Origin: Felis catus
Lineage: Eukaryota
DNA: 64,000 bases
Direction of reading: 5' to 3'
Assembly: GCF_018350175.1 (NCBI RefSeq)
Contig: NC_058373.1
Location: forward strand, 117,368,001 to 117,432,000
Position numbers and translations under genes: made by a program
Shown here: one piece after another, positions 37,128 to 48,630 of the stretch
How positions within the stretch are numbered: position 1 is the first letter of the stretch
Layout: each line of letters opens with the position of its first letter
Notes under the pieces: model-generated
What the model was told of the DNA's origin: nothing
The model's input: only the letters and a program-made list of their open reading frames with translations
The model's database searches: none

Positions 37128-37348
37128 AAAAATGTTAAAGGAAGAGAAATCTGTCATTTCTGTAGTGCCTTAATCTGTGTTACCTAATCACAAGTGAGAA
37201 TGTGAATGTTGTTTGCCCAAATAGAAGGTAGAAGATGGAAAAGCAGTCCTGTAAGTGAAAGCAATTAATTACCTCATATACCAGGAACAATGCCAAGGGT
37301 GAGTCTAGCCTGTAGGTTTCCAGATTATTATGAGTTTAATAAGGGCAC

Positions 37349-37600
37349 AGTGGTAGGCAGAAGTCTAAGAGGGCCCCCAAGGGTGTACCTGCCCTGTGTA
37401 ATCTCTGGGCCTATGAATATGATGGATGTTACTGCTATGATTAAGTATGTGATATGGCACAGACTTTATGGCAAGGAGATAATTTCGGTGGGCCTGACCT
37501 AATCACATGGAGCCTTTAAAAGCAGAGAGTTTTCTCTAATAGTGAAAGAGAAAATCACCCTTGAAACAGGAGGAGGAATTTTTGTACCATTGATGGATAT
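37349..37600 (+). mobile_element. MLT1E-like LTR 5' fragment
   Basis: gtggtaggcagaagtctaaga...gtgggcctgacctaatcacatg...aaaagcagagagttttct. Confidence 0.7.
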
Positions 37601-37924
37601 ATAAGATGTATTAGTGAAGTGCTGCTTCACTTCTTCCCTCTGAATTCCACACGTGAAGGTCTCTCGTGGCCCGTTCTAGTCAGAAGTATGTGGAGCAGGG
37701 AATTCTGGGAAATGTAGTTGAGCTTACCCAAGCTGGCACGTTACAAAGCCACCAGAGTCTCTAAAGAGAAATTATGTCTTGGGTCAGGGGAGATGGGAAC
37801 CATTAGCAGACTTAGATGAACAGTTAATGGCCCAGGAACAGATCTGTAAAGGATCAAAGGATCTTTGTTGATGAAAAAGTGGACCCGTGAACAGTGGTGC
37901 AGATTCAGGTCCCACGGTGACAGG

Positions 37925-37976
37925 GTGTTGGATCAGAGTTAAAAACAGGAGAAGGAGCCATGAGGGGCAAAGATGA

Positions 37977-38012
<36 letters not shown>

Positions 38013-38197
38013 GTGTGTGGAGAGAGAGAGAGAGAGAGAGAGAGGTTGTAAGGAATTGGCTCATGCAGTTAAGGAGTCTGACAAGTCTCGAGATCTGCAG
38101 TATGAGTCAGCAAGTGGGAGACTCAGGAGAGCCAATGACTGGCAGGCTCAGGACCCAGGAAGAGCCAATGTTTCAGTTCAAATCTGAAGGCAGGGGA

Positions 38198-38238
<41 letters not shown>

Positions 38239-38490
38239 TCCTGTCTCAAAGGCAGGCAGGCAGGAGGAATTACTTCTTATTTAAGAGACCATCAGTCTTT
38301 TTGTTCTAGTTAAGCCTTCAAGTGGTTAGACAAGACCCACCCGCATTAGAGAGGGCAACTTGCTCTACTCGGATCTGTCAGTTTAATCTTATCCAAAAAT
38401 ACCCTCCCAGAAATACCCAGAATAATGTTCGAATAAACATCTGGGTACTCCATGGCCCAGTCAACTTGAGCCATAAAATTAACCATCACA
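37925..38490 (-). mobile_element. MLT2B-like LTR containing (GT)n(GA)n (37978-38043) and (CAA)12 (38201-38236)
   Basis: taaggaattggctcatgc; ends ggcccagtcaacttgagccataaaattaaccatcaca. Confidence 0.85.
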
Positions 38491-38781
38491 TCACGGTACA
38501 AAGAATGTGCACGTTGGAGACAAGTATCCCCTTTGCCGTACCGGCCAGCCTTTTATAACCTCCGGCTTCCCACATGTGAAATGGGGATGATGCATTTATC
38601 TCCCAGGACAATTGTGAAAGCCAACGGCTAATGTAGTTACTCAGCAGTCACAGTGCCAACTCTTTGCCGGGCACCATCACCCACACCGCAGACACAGTAA
38701 TGAAGAGAGAGACCATATCCTTGTACTCCTAGAGCTCACAGTTTCGTGATAAGAGATAGATAAAAGCAAATAAATAATAAT

Positions 38782-39160
38782 TTATTTAATCACTCAGTGC
38801 CCGGTTTCAGATTATACATTCCCTTGCATCCTGGGACATCGTTCTTAATTTCCTTTTACAAATGCTGAAACAGAAGTCACTTGCCCAAGACCTCTCTATG
38901 ACCAAGTATCAGAGGTGAGACCCAGCCCAGGTCTTCTGACTCCACGTTCGGTACTCTTTGCATAGTCAAATCCCTCTTCTGACAGAAATCATAAGCGTGC
39001 AGTTCCCACGTACTTATGACACTGAAGTAGATCACAATATCTCATGTAGACAGATGGTTATGGCTTTATATACTAAGAAAATCGATTTAGGCAGATGTTT
39101 AGTTGATAACAAGAAGTATCAACATGACCCCAATGGATTTGCTGAAAGTTATTGGTTGCT
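38782..39160 (+). repeat. Copy 1 of an old local direct duplication (MIR-like piece plus apparently unique DNA)
   Basis: Collinear similarity to 41987-42356. Confidence 0.85.
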
Positions 39161-39309
39161 ATTAATACAGAGATAGTTTATTGGTGTATTAATGCAGAAA
39201 GTAAGTCATATATAGCCAGCTAAACCTGAGAAGTAAAACAGGATTCTTAGGACAAGAGAAACCACCAGGAACTAATCACATTTATTTCATGAATTCTAAT
39301 GATACTGAG

Positions 39310-39684
39310 TTTCTATCACGGGAGTAATAAATACAATAATGAAAATAAGAAGGATGGTAGGGTCAAGTGACTGGGGGAGGAGGCCTCTTTATACAGGTTG
39401 GTCAGGCAGAGCTGTGAGAAGGCAGATATGCAAAAACCTGGAGGAAGCACTGTGGGAGAGAGAATGCAAGAGCAAAGGCCCTGAGGCAGGAGAAGGGGCT
39501 TGGAGTGCTTGAGGAACAAGATGAAGAGTGCCTGGGGGTTGATGAGCAAGTGGGACATGGTAATCCATGCATCTGGAAAGGTAGAGAAGATCCAGATCCT
39601 GCCTCGTAGCCCATACTGAAGGATTAGAATCTTCTACAAGTGCAGGGGAAGCCCCTGGAAGATTTTAAGCAAGATTGAAATGAT

Positions 39685-39725
<41 letters not shown>

Positions 39726-39745
39726 AATCACTGTGGCTGCTATAA
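39310..39745 (-). mobile_element. L2 fragment containing (TG)n (39688-39723)
   Basis: gcaaaggccctgaggcagg, gattttaagca, atcactgtggctgct. Confidence 0.8.
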
Positions 39746-39790
39746 AGGTATCATCACTTACAGGGCACTTCTAGACCTTGAACTCTTTTC

Positions 39791-40034
39791 TTTTTTTCTT
39801 TTTTCTTTTTTTTTTTAATTTTTTTTTTCCAACGTTTTTATTTATTTTTGGGACACAGAGAGACAGAGCATGAACGGGGGAGGGGCAGAGAGAGAGGGAG
39901 ACACAGAATCGGAAACAGGCTCCAGGCTCCGAGCCATCAGCCCAGAGCCTGACGCGGGGCTCGAACTCACGGACCGCGAGATCGTGACCTGGCTGAAGTC
40001 GGACGCTTAACCGACTGCGCCACCCAGGCGCCCC
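39791..40034 (-). mobile_element. Very young SINEC_Fc-type SINE
   Basis: Near-consensus with CpGs intact; perfect 18-bp TSD agaccttgaactcttttc at 39773-39790 and 40036-40053. Confidence 0.97.
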
Positions 40035-40644
40035 AAGACCTTGAACTCTTTTCAAAGGTTATTGTGGGCTAGTTCATTCATGCAGTCCAGACTTGAAACT
40101 GACAAGTGAAAATGTGGAACTTCTGGAACATCAGTAAAAGTAAAGAACTACCATGATCCTGGCTCTGGTGTAGACCTCGGGTTTGCGGCATCCATGAGAG
40201 AAGTCTATGGTGGCCGTACAGGCCCCCGGTCACTTCTCTCCATCAAACATACTTGACCTTCATATGACCTTTCCACTGGTTGGTGATAGGGTACCAGTAG
40301 ATTAGCACTGATGAGTTTTTAGGTCACTGTGACAAATAGTCAATGTGTTACCCTTTTCAGGTAACAGTGTTCCTTAAACCATTTGAAATGCCCAAGTTTT
40401 CAAAAAGCCCTTAATATGTGGCTTTAACAGAGTTGGGATTTCTAAGTCTGTAGCATGTTTCTAAGAGAGGAGCTGATAGGACGGTAAACAAAGGCCACGA
40501 TGGCCCTCTGCTCTGCAGGTGTCTCTGCTTCCCTTGGTTTAAGACACGAGCCCAAATTTCCCTTTAGCTGGTCAGGTAACAGAAATATCATATATGTATA
40601 ATTTTATAAGTCAAAACCTGTTCTTTAAAAAGTACTACAAGGAT

Positions 40645-40883
40645 GGGGCACCTGGGTGGCTCAGTCGGTTAAGGGTCTGGCTTCAGCTCAGGCCATGATC
40701 TCACGGTTCATGAGTTCGAGCCCCATGTCAGGCTCTGTGCTGACAGCTCAGAGCCTGGAGCCTCCTTTGGATTCTGTGTCTCCCTCTCTCTCTGCCCCTC
40801 TCCTCCCCCCCCCCCACACACATACTCTCTCTCTCTCTCTCTCTCTCTCTCAAAAATAAACATTAAAAAAACAAAATGAAATG
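40645..40883 (+). mobile_element. Can-SINE
   Basis: Perfect TSD aaaaagtactacaag at 40627-40641 and 40884-40898. Confidence 0.95.
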
Positions 40884-41615
40884 AAAAAGTACTACAAGAC
40901 TCCATTCTTGTAAGACTCTTTTATTATTTCATGGCTTCTTAAGTAATGCCATAATACTGAGAATCATTCCATAATACTAAAGAATAAAAGGAATCCACTG
41001 CTAAAAATAGACTTCACATTTGCCCAGGTGCAGCCGCCCGTCTTACAGTAGGTTGGCTGGGGGCAGGGGTGCCTCCCCACTAGGGGTAATGAGCAGGGGA
41101 GAAGGTCATAGTGGTCTGGTTGGGATGGAAGAGGAACAATCCCAGTGGTCTTCCAGAGTTTGCCAAGTCAAAGCGCAAAGCTGAAATTGCAGGCTGGAGG
41201 GAAGTCAGCCTCATGATCCGGGGAGACTGGCTTGCGCGTTGAGCTGAAGGCACGAGCCTAACGTGTAATGATGGATGGCAGTGGGGGTGCTGGCCAAGGA
41301 GATTTAGAGAATGGAGTGAGGCTCGGGAGAAAGAGGGCCAGGCACTTTAGAAGGCTGGCGGTTTGAAGAAGTGTCGGCAAGAGTGCTTGGCAAAAGGTCG
41401 GCTCCTTGAAGGCACTGCGTCCGTGTGCTTTTGTCATAGATTTCTCAATAGTTTTCCGATAGCAGTCTTTAAACTCTCCCTACCAGGGAATTGGTGTTAA
41501 CCCTTCATCACCAGCCCTGGGAATCATTTTTAGTCAAGTGTGGATCTCCATTTCTGTCTCTCCTTCCCTGTCTGGGATTGCTTTCCACCGGCTTGATCTG
41601 GAAAGTGATGACTAA

Positions 41616-41644
41616 GGGGCGCCTGGGTGGCTCAGTCGGTTAAG
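41616..41644 (+). mobile_element. Tailless 29-bp Can-SINE head with TSD
   Basis: ggggcgcctgggtggctcagtcggttaag flanked by tggaaagtgatgact at 41599-41613 and 41645-41659. Confidence 0.9.
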
Positions 41645-41783
41645 TGGAAAGTGATGACTGATTCCAGATCTCCTAACCTGTATGCTGTCCCTCCATGTTT
41701 TCTTTGGCTCCCGTGTTCTCCCCATGGGCTTACTCAGCATTTTCTCTTTTGTTGCTGTGGTGTGGAAAAACCTGTTGTCAGGA

Positions 41784-41837
41784 TGCCAACAGTCCTCATG
41801 TGGGACTCCAACTCACGAACGGTGAGATTATGACCTG
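41784..41837 (-). mobile_element. Isolated internal Can-SINE fragment
   Basis: atgtgggactccaactcacgaacggtgagattatgacctg matches the antisense SINE B-box region. Confidence 0.7.
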
Positions 41838-41986
41838 GATGAGCCCTGTATTGCTTAGGACCCAGTCTATAGATGAATTACCCACTTCACGAAGCATGAA
41901 TGCCACACTGCTTCCTGGGTTGCACAGCTAAGCAGTATTCTCCACCCTCACCCCCACCCCTGCCAGCAAAAACTCCTAGGGACATT

Positions 41987-42356
41987 ATGGTTTAATTGCT
42001 CAATACCCAATATCATAGAAGTTATACACTCACTTCATCTTGGGACGTAGTTGTCACTTCCCTTTTACAAATGCTGAAGCAAAGGTCACTTGCCCGAGAC
42101 CTCTCTACCAGGGGTCAAAGGTGAGACTCAGTCCGATACCCCATGTTCTTTACGCGATCAGAGCGCCCTTTCCAACAGAAAACGTAAGCCTGCAGTTCTC
42201 ACACACTTACAAAACTGAAGTAGAGACATTATCTCATGTGGACAGATGGTTATGACTTCGTATACCAAGAAAACCTATTCAGGCAGATGTTTAGTTGATG
42301 ACAAGAAGTGTAAACATGACCCTAATTAATGGATTTGCTGAAAGTTATTGGTTACT
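41987..42356 (+). repeat. Copy 2 of the old local direct duplication
   Basis: Collinear similarity to 38782-39160. Confidence 0.85.
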
Positions 42357-43639
42357 CCTTGTCAGAACTGTTGTGTTCCCTGTCACTCCTCAGATTGGCT
42401 ACACAACGGGAAAAATTAGCATGAAGAAAATTGGCACTTAAAATGCGTTCACTCTCCACCATTAAGCCAAATACCACTTTTCATTCAGAAAAAGAGTGAA
42501 CTTTTCCTCGCGGTGTGGGGAACCACGAATAAGAGAGAGGGAACAGAGAGACCCGAGGAAGATCAATCTCATAAAACAAAAGGACAAAGGAGAAATGACT
42601 CCTTGCTAAGAATTCTGCCTCAGCCGTCAAGGCTGCTGGGCCTGACCCCAGAGCTGGAGAGTTACACCCCGTCTGTCACAGGTACCCTGTTCCCCGTTGG
42701 GGTCCATTCTCGAGAAGATGACATCATTCCCACCTCCCCTCCCTGGTGCACCCACAAGCTTTACAGGCAGCTCTCCAGGTGCCCTCTCCCTTCCCATGTG
42801 CCTCCCTGCACCTTCCTTAGCGTCCAGTGTGGCTGGTGGTGAGGTTTCCTTCCGACCTTCCACGCACCTTCCTCTTCCCCAGCTCTGTTCCTCTCTACAG
42901 CCCAGGTGAAGGTGTTTTGGAAGCCCCTTTCAACGGATCCTTTATTGAGTCTCGGACTTCAAAAACTTCTTGGACTGACAACATCCCTTCTGGTTGGCAA
43001 CCGGGTGGGGGTTGAAGTGCTGATCGACACATCAGTGTTGCTTCTGTGGCCGCAGAAGCAAGGGGGGAACTAGGCATAGCTAGAAACCGGTCCTCACAGG
43101 GGTCTTACAGGAAACATCCAGGTTTCTCGAAGGTCAGCAGATCCTCACACTAGTTAATTAAAGCAGCTACTCCCGCCAGTGAAAGCTTTCTGGCTGGGCT
43201 GAACTGTTTACAGCTAGCTAACATGCACAAAGGGGAGGAAGGTTTGAATCTTTCAAATTCGGAAGGTGCTTTCATTCCGCAGACTCTGGGGAGCAGGCAT
43301 CTCAAGGCAGAAGATACTGTAAAGCAGTTGGGGTGAATATTGCTCCCTGTTTTTGCCTCTCCCTTGATGACCACCCTGCCTGTCAGCTCTGCCCCTCTGC
43401 CCTCCTGCCGGGACCTCCAGCTCTCGCTGCCCCTGTCCCTGTCTGCCCTGGTCAGGTGGCAGCGAGATCCTTCTAGCTGATCTCTCAGCCTCCGGTTTTC
43501 ATCCCCTCCTTCCCTGCATTATTAAGTTCAAGCCCTGCGTATGGTGTTCTCCCTGCCCCCTCTGGGTTTCTGTCCACCCTGTGTCCTTCCATGAGCCTGA
43601 TAGGCAAGCCAGAGCGAACAGATGCAAACGACCCCCGGG

Positions 43640-43955
43640 TGATGTCCTCCCATCCCTTCAGCCAGGCTACCCCTTCCCTCTTCCTCCCCTAAGGAAACTC
43701 CATCCATTCTCTATGGCTCAAATGCACCTCGCGCACTCCCTGGTAAGAGAGAATTGTTCCTCACTCCTCTTACACCAGCACGGAAGCACACATTTGTTCT
43801 CCTTTGTGTCACAGTAGTTTGTATGGCTTTTATTCCCGTCCAGTTGAAAGTCTTCAAGGTCTGGTTTGTGTCTTATTCATCTCTGGAACCTCACAGTACC
43901 TAGGAGAGTTCTTGGGATAAACCCGGTGTTGAAAAGTCTTTGTTGAATTGAGAAG
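43640..43955 (+). mobile_element. L2 3' fragment
   Basis: tgtcttattcatctctg...cacagtacctagg...ctttgttgaattga. Confidence 0.55.
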
Positions 43956-45523
43956 CGCAGGCCCACCTTCCTGATGAGCTAGAAAGGTACGAGTTGGGCA
44001 GGTGCCGCAGACTAGCGTTTCTAAAGATGCGAGGGGCAGGGCAGACCGACGTCTTGCTGTAAGAAAGGTTTCCTTTTAGGACTCAGCACTTCAGCACCTC
44101 AGGGGTGGGAGTGGGGGGTCATTGCTGAGTTCCCAGCAGTACTGAGGGCTCACGTGGGCGGGGCCAGGGATGCGCATGACAGAAAGTGGCAAAAGGAAGC
44201 CTAGATGCCTTTTTTTTTTTTTTTGAACTTTAGGAGCTGATCATTTTTCAATGACTTTCATCTAAGGCCCCGAAGTGATTCTTTGTCTTACCTCTGAAAT
44301 GGTTGTGCGTGAAGGTCCAGCTGTATAACAAGCACCATGCACGTTGGTACGTGTATATATGTATGTGCATATACGTGTGTATATGTCTACACGTGCCAGT
44401 GTGTTTTCCAAAATCCAGTGTTATTGTGGAGCCCATTGCAGAGGAAGCGGGGTCTAGGAGACATGAGCACAGTAACTTGATTAAACCCACCGCTGCAGAG
44501 TAGCATGACTCAGACGGCCTGGGCCGAAGAGGCCGTGGGCAGAGAGTCGCCAGCTGTGGAGCCCGCTTTCCTCAGCTTATTGGTTTTCCCTGACAGCATG
44601 GAATAAAGTGAATCCCTACCAGGGCCTCAAGCGTTGTATTTAGTAAATTTATATTCGAGCCACAAGCACAGATCTGACCTCTGGATGGCCACCTCCGACT
44701 GTCATTGGTTTTGCTCCTCTCTCCTCTGGCACAGTGTCTGGACCCTGCATCTCAGATGTCACAACACCTCACTCTCCCTGACCATGTGCACAGAGGAGGA
44801 GTGACAGCCACCATCTCCCACTGCCAGGGACAGGGGACAAGTTGAGACTCTGGGCTGACAGAATGAGGGCCGAGCCAGGACAGGTAGGACAGTGGACTTA
44901 AAAATGGCCGAGGAACCCCATGTACTTAGAAGTATCCCTATCTGCAGACCAGAGGGGAAGGAACTGGTCCTGGTAATAAAACAAACGTTTCTTGTCCTGT
45001 CTCTGTTCAGTTTACTTACATTTTCCCATCAGACTGTTTTAACAGTGCCCTCTACAGGTTATCTCCAAAACTACAGTACCCTGCCGACCTTTCTTCCCTC
45101 CATCCTCCTTTTGTTCAGGATTCCTTCTGCGGGATGGGCAGGAAGATCACAAAGCTTTCTTGACATAAGCAATGTATTGCCGATTTGTAGCTTCTGAAGA
45201 GCTTGGAAGTGAGCCAACCCTTTCCACTGGATGGAGGGACTGTAACCCTGGGGGGAGATGTCTTTGTGAAGATCTCACTTCAAATCCTGAACTGGGAAGA
45301 GAGGCCCAGAACCGTCCTGGACGACATGACACAGGAACCTTGACATGGGCTGTTGAATGAGGAACAGTGCAGCATTTTCTGAACACATTACTTTGCTGAC
45401 AGCTTTCAGTCTTCTATGAAATGCTCCTTCGTATCCTTAGAGCATACTGGGTTTTTTTCTGGTGCTCTTTTATTGTAGTTATTCTGCACAGATCAGAATT
45501 TCATCCTTCTTTAACTCATCTTT

Positions 45524-45571
45524 TGCGCGCGCGCGCGCACACACACACACACACACGCACACACACACACA
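45524..45571. repeat. (GC)7 followed by (AC)n tract
   Basis: Directly visible. Confidence 0.95.
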
Positions 45572-46203
45572 AACATCCTGGGCTTATTAGTTTCTTTTAC
45601 CCCTCTTAAACTCTAAACAAAACCTGCATATGGTTACATTAAACAGGTATTTTCTTACCAGATATTTCCATCAACCCCCCCATTCATCTATTTTAGTTCA
45701 TTCTAAGCCATTATCATGCACCAAATTCAAGAAAATTGTGTTTTTGTCTCCTGTTATTAATCACGATCCCGCTGCATGTACTGAGGCAGCACAGAAAAAT
45801 AGTCAAGCAACAGATGAGGCCTATTTACGAAAGCTGTGGAACTGATACACATGTTCCTCACACTGCGATTGGGGTAAGGCTTTGCAAGTTTCTTCTGATG
45901 GGCTAGAATTTTGGTTTTTATTCTCTCTCCCCACCCCTTAAACAGAAACATAATTGCACAGATTCTTATAATCAATAGACCCGATTTACCCTGCCAGAGA
46001 ACATACTCCTCAACCTTTTGGGGTGAAAGTGAACGCCTCTGGGGTCCCAGCATTGCACCGCTTGTATAAGCCAATGTCAACCAAGTGGTCCAAGTCCCTA
46101 TTCAATTCCAACAGTTGAGTTGTATACTCTGAACCCAGTGGTGAGCTCGTTTCATTATTTAGGAACAGACCTAAGGAAAATGAACGTCAAACATGGGCTA
46201 AGC

Positions 46204-46423
46204 CAAGGGTCTGTGAACTTTTCTGTAAAGGACGAGGTAAGTAAGTACTTTCAGTTTGTGAGTCATACCGTCTCTGTCGTAGCTACTCAACTCTGCTGTT
46301 GTAGCGCAAAAGCAACCACAGACAATAGGAAACACATGGGCATGGCTGTGTTCCAAAAAACTTACTTATAAAAACAGGTGGCAGCCTGGATTTGACTCAG
46401 AAGCCCTCGTTTGCCAACCACCA
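46204..46423. mobile_element. MER58A hAT MITE
   Basis: ttttctgtaaagg...gtctctgtcgtagctactcaactctgctgttgtagcgcaaaagcaacca...ggctgtgttccaa. Confidence 0.85.
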
Positions 46424-46617
46424 GGCTCAGCTGTTGTAGGACCATTACTGATAGATGCAGGCCGGGCCCCTGCATGACAGTGCCAGCCAAGGGGGTGAGT
46501 GGGACCTGAAATTTAAACGGGCTGTGCCTGTCCCCACCTCCTGCCCACAAGGGGCACTTGTAATTCGTACAAGCCTGCTTCTAGGCTGTGTCCAGCCAGA
46601 AGGAGCACCTGCCCTCA

Positions 46618-47257
46618 TGTATTAGTTAGGGTCCTCCAGAAAAAGAGAACCAATAAAATGTGTGCAAACAGAAATGGAAGGGCGCCTGGGTGGCGCGGTC
46701 AGTTGAGCATCTGACTCTTGATCTTGGCTCACGTTGTGATCTCACGGTTCTGGGTTCAAGCCCCACATGGGGCTCTGCACTGATGGCACAGAGCTTGCTT
46801 GCAATTCTCTCTCCCTCGCTCTCTGCCCCTCCCCCACTCATGCTCACTCAGGGAGATTTATTGTAAGTAGCTGACTCACACAATTATAGAGGTGAGCAAG
46901 TCCCCGGGTCTGCAATGTGAGGCGCCAAGCTGGAGACCCAGGGGAGCTGACGTTTCAGTTCCAGTCAGAAGGCTAGCAGGCCTGAGACCCAGGAGGAGCC
47001 AATGTTTGGTTTTGAGTTTGAAAGCAGGAAAGACTCCCTCTCACTGATAGGGACACCGGTCTTTCTCTTCTATCAGGCCTGCAGGTGATTGGTTGAGGGC
47101 CACCTACTTTGGGGAGGGCCATCTGCTTTACTCAGTTTACTGAGTCAAGTGTTACTCGTCCAGAAACACCCTCCCAGGCCCTCCCAGGGTAATGTTTCTC
47201 CAGATTTCTGGGTACTTCATGGCCCAGCCAAGTTGACCCATAAAATTAACCATGATA
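46618..47257 (-). mobile_element. MLT2B-like LTR interrupted by a SINE
   Basis: tgtattagttagggtcctccaga start; ggcccagccaagttgacccataaaattaaccat end. Confidence 0.9.
46680..46849 (+). mobile_element. 3'-truncated Can-SINE (no terminal CT tract or A-tail)
   Basis: Body runs to ctcatgctcactc, then MLT2 sequence resumes directly. Confidence 0.9.
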
Positions 47258-47419
47258 TCTAATTAGCAAAAAATGGTGCTAAATGTGCTCAGTGGTGCTG
47301 AGTACTTTGCATTCTTTGGTGGGCTTTATTTTCAAAAGTAGGATCTCACTACGTCTGTTTTAGTATCCATATCACGCTTTTTAGACACAAACACCGTACA
47401 AACGGTAAATGAATGGGCG

Positions 47420-47900
47420 CCATTGTTAGGACCATTTGGCTGCAAGGTGTAGAAACCCATTTGTTCCCCCACATTGATGGAGGGGCTACAGAGACTGGAG
47501 GGACAGAAAATTAAACACAGCAGGCTATGGGTGTAGGACGCAGGAAGTGTTCACCCTCACAGAACGACACATGCCCCTCCTTATCCTTGCCTGTCTTTAT
47601 TTCACCATTTTCTTACCCATTTCTATGTACACGTGGTCTGCTCCAGCCCTGGCTCCATGCTTCATCTTGGGTATTTGCATCTCTAACCACCCCACTGATC
47701 TACTGCTTGTTGCCCCAACCCCAGCTTGGAGGGAGGGGACCTCATTCTCCTGGATTAGGATTAAGGTCAGCCTTGATCCAGTTGACTTACTGAAATGAAC
47801 AGAGTCACGTGGCTCAAACATGGCTTCCTTGGCCCGCACCTGGGTACTGGAAGGGGACGGTGCAAACAATTCCAAAGGAGCTGTAGACTGGGCAGGTACC
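47420..47900 (-). mobile_element. Old MLT1 (K/L-like) LTR
   Basis: tgttaggaccatttggctgcaag...agaaaccca; gtcacgtggctcaaacatggct. Confidence 0.45.
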
Positions 47901-47946
47901 CCAGGCTAGGGGAACTCTGAAGAAAGTGATTCATTTGATTAGGGAT

Positions 47947-48297
47947 TGCTGTGATCTTATTATTTGTGTCCCCCTGCCCCAAATTCATATGTTGAAACCT
48001 AACCCCTAAGTTGCTGGTATTAGGAGGTGGGGCCTTTGGGAAGTGATTAGGTCAGGAGAGTGACACCCTCATCAGCCGGACTAGCTCCCTTCCCTCTTCT
48101 GCCATGTAAGGTCATAGAGAAAAGATGGCCATCAGTGAACCAGGAAGCGAGCTCTCACCAGATATCAAATCTGCCAGCACCTTGATCTTGGACTTCCCAG
48201 TCTCTAGAACCATGTGAAATAAATGTCTGCTGTTTATAGCCACCCAGTTTATTATTAAACTGATATTTTGTTATAGCAGCCTGAAGGGACTAAGACA
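47947..48297 (+). mobile_element. MLT1A-type LTR
   Basis: aaattcatatgttgaaacctaacccc...gcaccttgatcttggacttccca...gactaagaCA; near-TSD gggat / ggcat. Confidence 0.9.
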
Positions 48298-48411
48298 GGC
48301 ATCTTGTTAGTGGGTACCACCAAAACCATAGTCCCTTTAAAAAGTTTGTTCTTGTTCAAAAATTGTGATCCAGCCCACCCATCTCCATCTTTAAATATTG
48401 TAGAATATTTA

Positions 48412-48630
48412 GGGGCGCCTGGGTGGCGCAGTTGGTTAAGTGTCCGGCTTCAGCCAGGTCACGATCTCGCAGTCCGGGAGTTCGAGCCCCGCGTCAGGCT
48501 CTGGGCTGATGGCTCAGAGCCTGGAACCTGTTTCCGATTCTGTGTCTCCCTCTCTCTCTGCCCCTCCCCCGTTCATGCTCTGTCTCTCTCTGTCCCAAAA
48601 ATAAATAAATGTTGAAAAAAAAATTAAAAA
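48412..48630 (+). mobile_element. Young SINEC_Fc-type SINE
   Basis: Perfect 19-bp TSD aaatattgtagaatattta at 48393-48411 and 48631-48649. Confidence 0.97.

Noticed and set aside
37973..38284. Poly-glutamine ORF
   Set aside because: A (CAA)12 microsatellite inside an MLT2 LTR, in an ORF otherwise made of dinucleotide repeats and LTR sequence.
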